Source: Candidatus Sigynarchaeum calidifontis
GTDB lineage: Archaea > Asgardarchaeota > Lokiarchaeia > Sigyniarchaeales > Sigyniarchaeaceae
DNA length: 15,955 nucleotides
Assembly (NCBI GenBank): GCA_030587475.2
Contig: JAUQYZ020000140.1
Coordinates: 1 to 15,955 of the forward strand
Direction: 5' to 3'
Shown here: piece by piece, positions 15,857 to 15,955 of the stretch
Numbering within the stretch: the first letter of the stretch is position 1
Layout: the number at the start of each line of letters is the position of its first letter
Notes under the pieces: generated by a model
Seen by the model: only the letters and a program-made list of their open reading frames with translations
Told to the model about the DNA's origin: nothing
Databases searched by the model: none
Made by a program: the position numbers and the translations under genes

Positions 15857-15955
15857 TCAATCCTCCTCTTTTTCGAGCATCGACCGGGACGTCTCGCCCT
15901 CGAAGCTGGCGTAGAAGCTGGCGACCTTCGTGGCGCGGCCGGCGGCGAGGGCTTC
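15857..15955 (-). CDS. 3' end of an upstream gene (partial, unknown product)
   Basis: Open frame from the right edge, EALAAGRATKVASFYASFEGETSRSMLEKEED*, with GC3-rich codons and TGA at 15857-15859, 7 nt before the next ATG. Confidence 0.7.
   Translation of the reverse strand, partial: EALAAGRATKVASFYASFEGETSRSMLEKEED

Noticed and set aside
1-15955. CRISPR arrays, tRNA/rRNA, IS elements
   Set aside because: No periodic repeats, cloverleafs, transposase motifs or terminal inverted repeats were seen by eye.

Overview
Gene-dense archaeal window, most likely from an Asgard (Lokiarchaeia-like) archaeon. That assignment is an inference from a longin-like cytoplasmic domain, GAGGTG/GGTG Shine-Dalgarno motifs, TATA-like boxes and oligo-T terminators. 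All genes but one lie on the minus strand. From left to right: a class I SAM methyltransferase cut by the left edge (missing from the ORF track); a PqqD/RRE-radical SAM-SPASM enzyme; a stomatin/SPFH gene whose membrane anchor is out of frame by one base; a divergent ~1,295-aa sequon-rich single-pass protein with a cytoplasmic longin-like and winged-helix-like tail; a Gfo/Idh/MocA oxidoreductase; a cryptic frameshifted ORF overlapping a predicted pseudoknot; a divergent nucleoside phosphorylase; an orphan hypD; an ArsB/NhaD-type permease; an 8-TM protein; a TPR protein; a small protein with a basic patch and an HbYX tail; a broken C2H2-like zinc-finger micro-ORF; a membrane-anchored winged-helix protein; and the 3' end of another gene. 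Three apparent +1 frameshifts all fall in short homopolymers, so sequencing error, decay or recoding are all possible. No rRNA, tRNA, CRISPR array or mobile element was seen.
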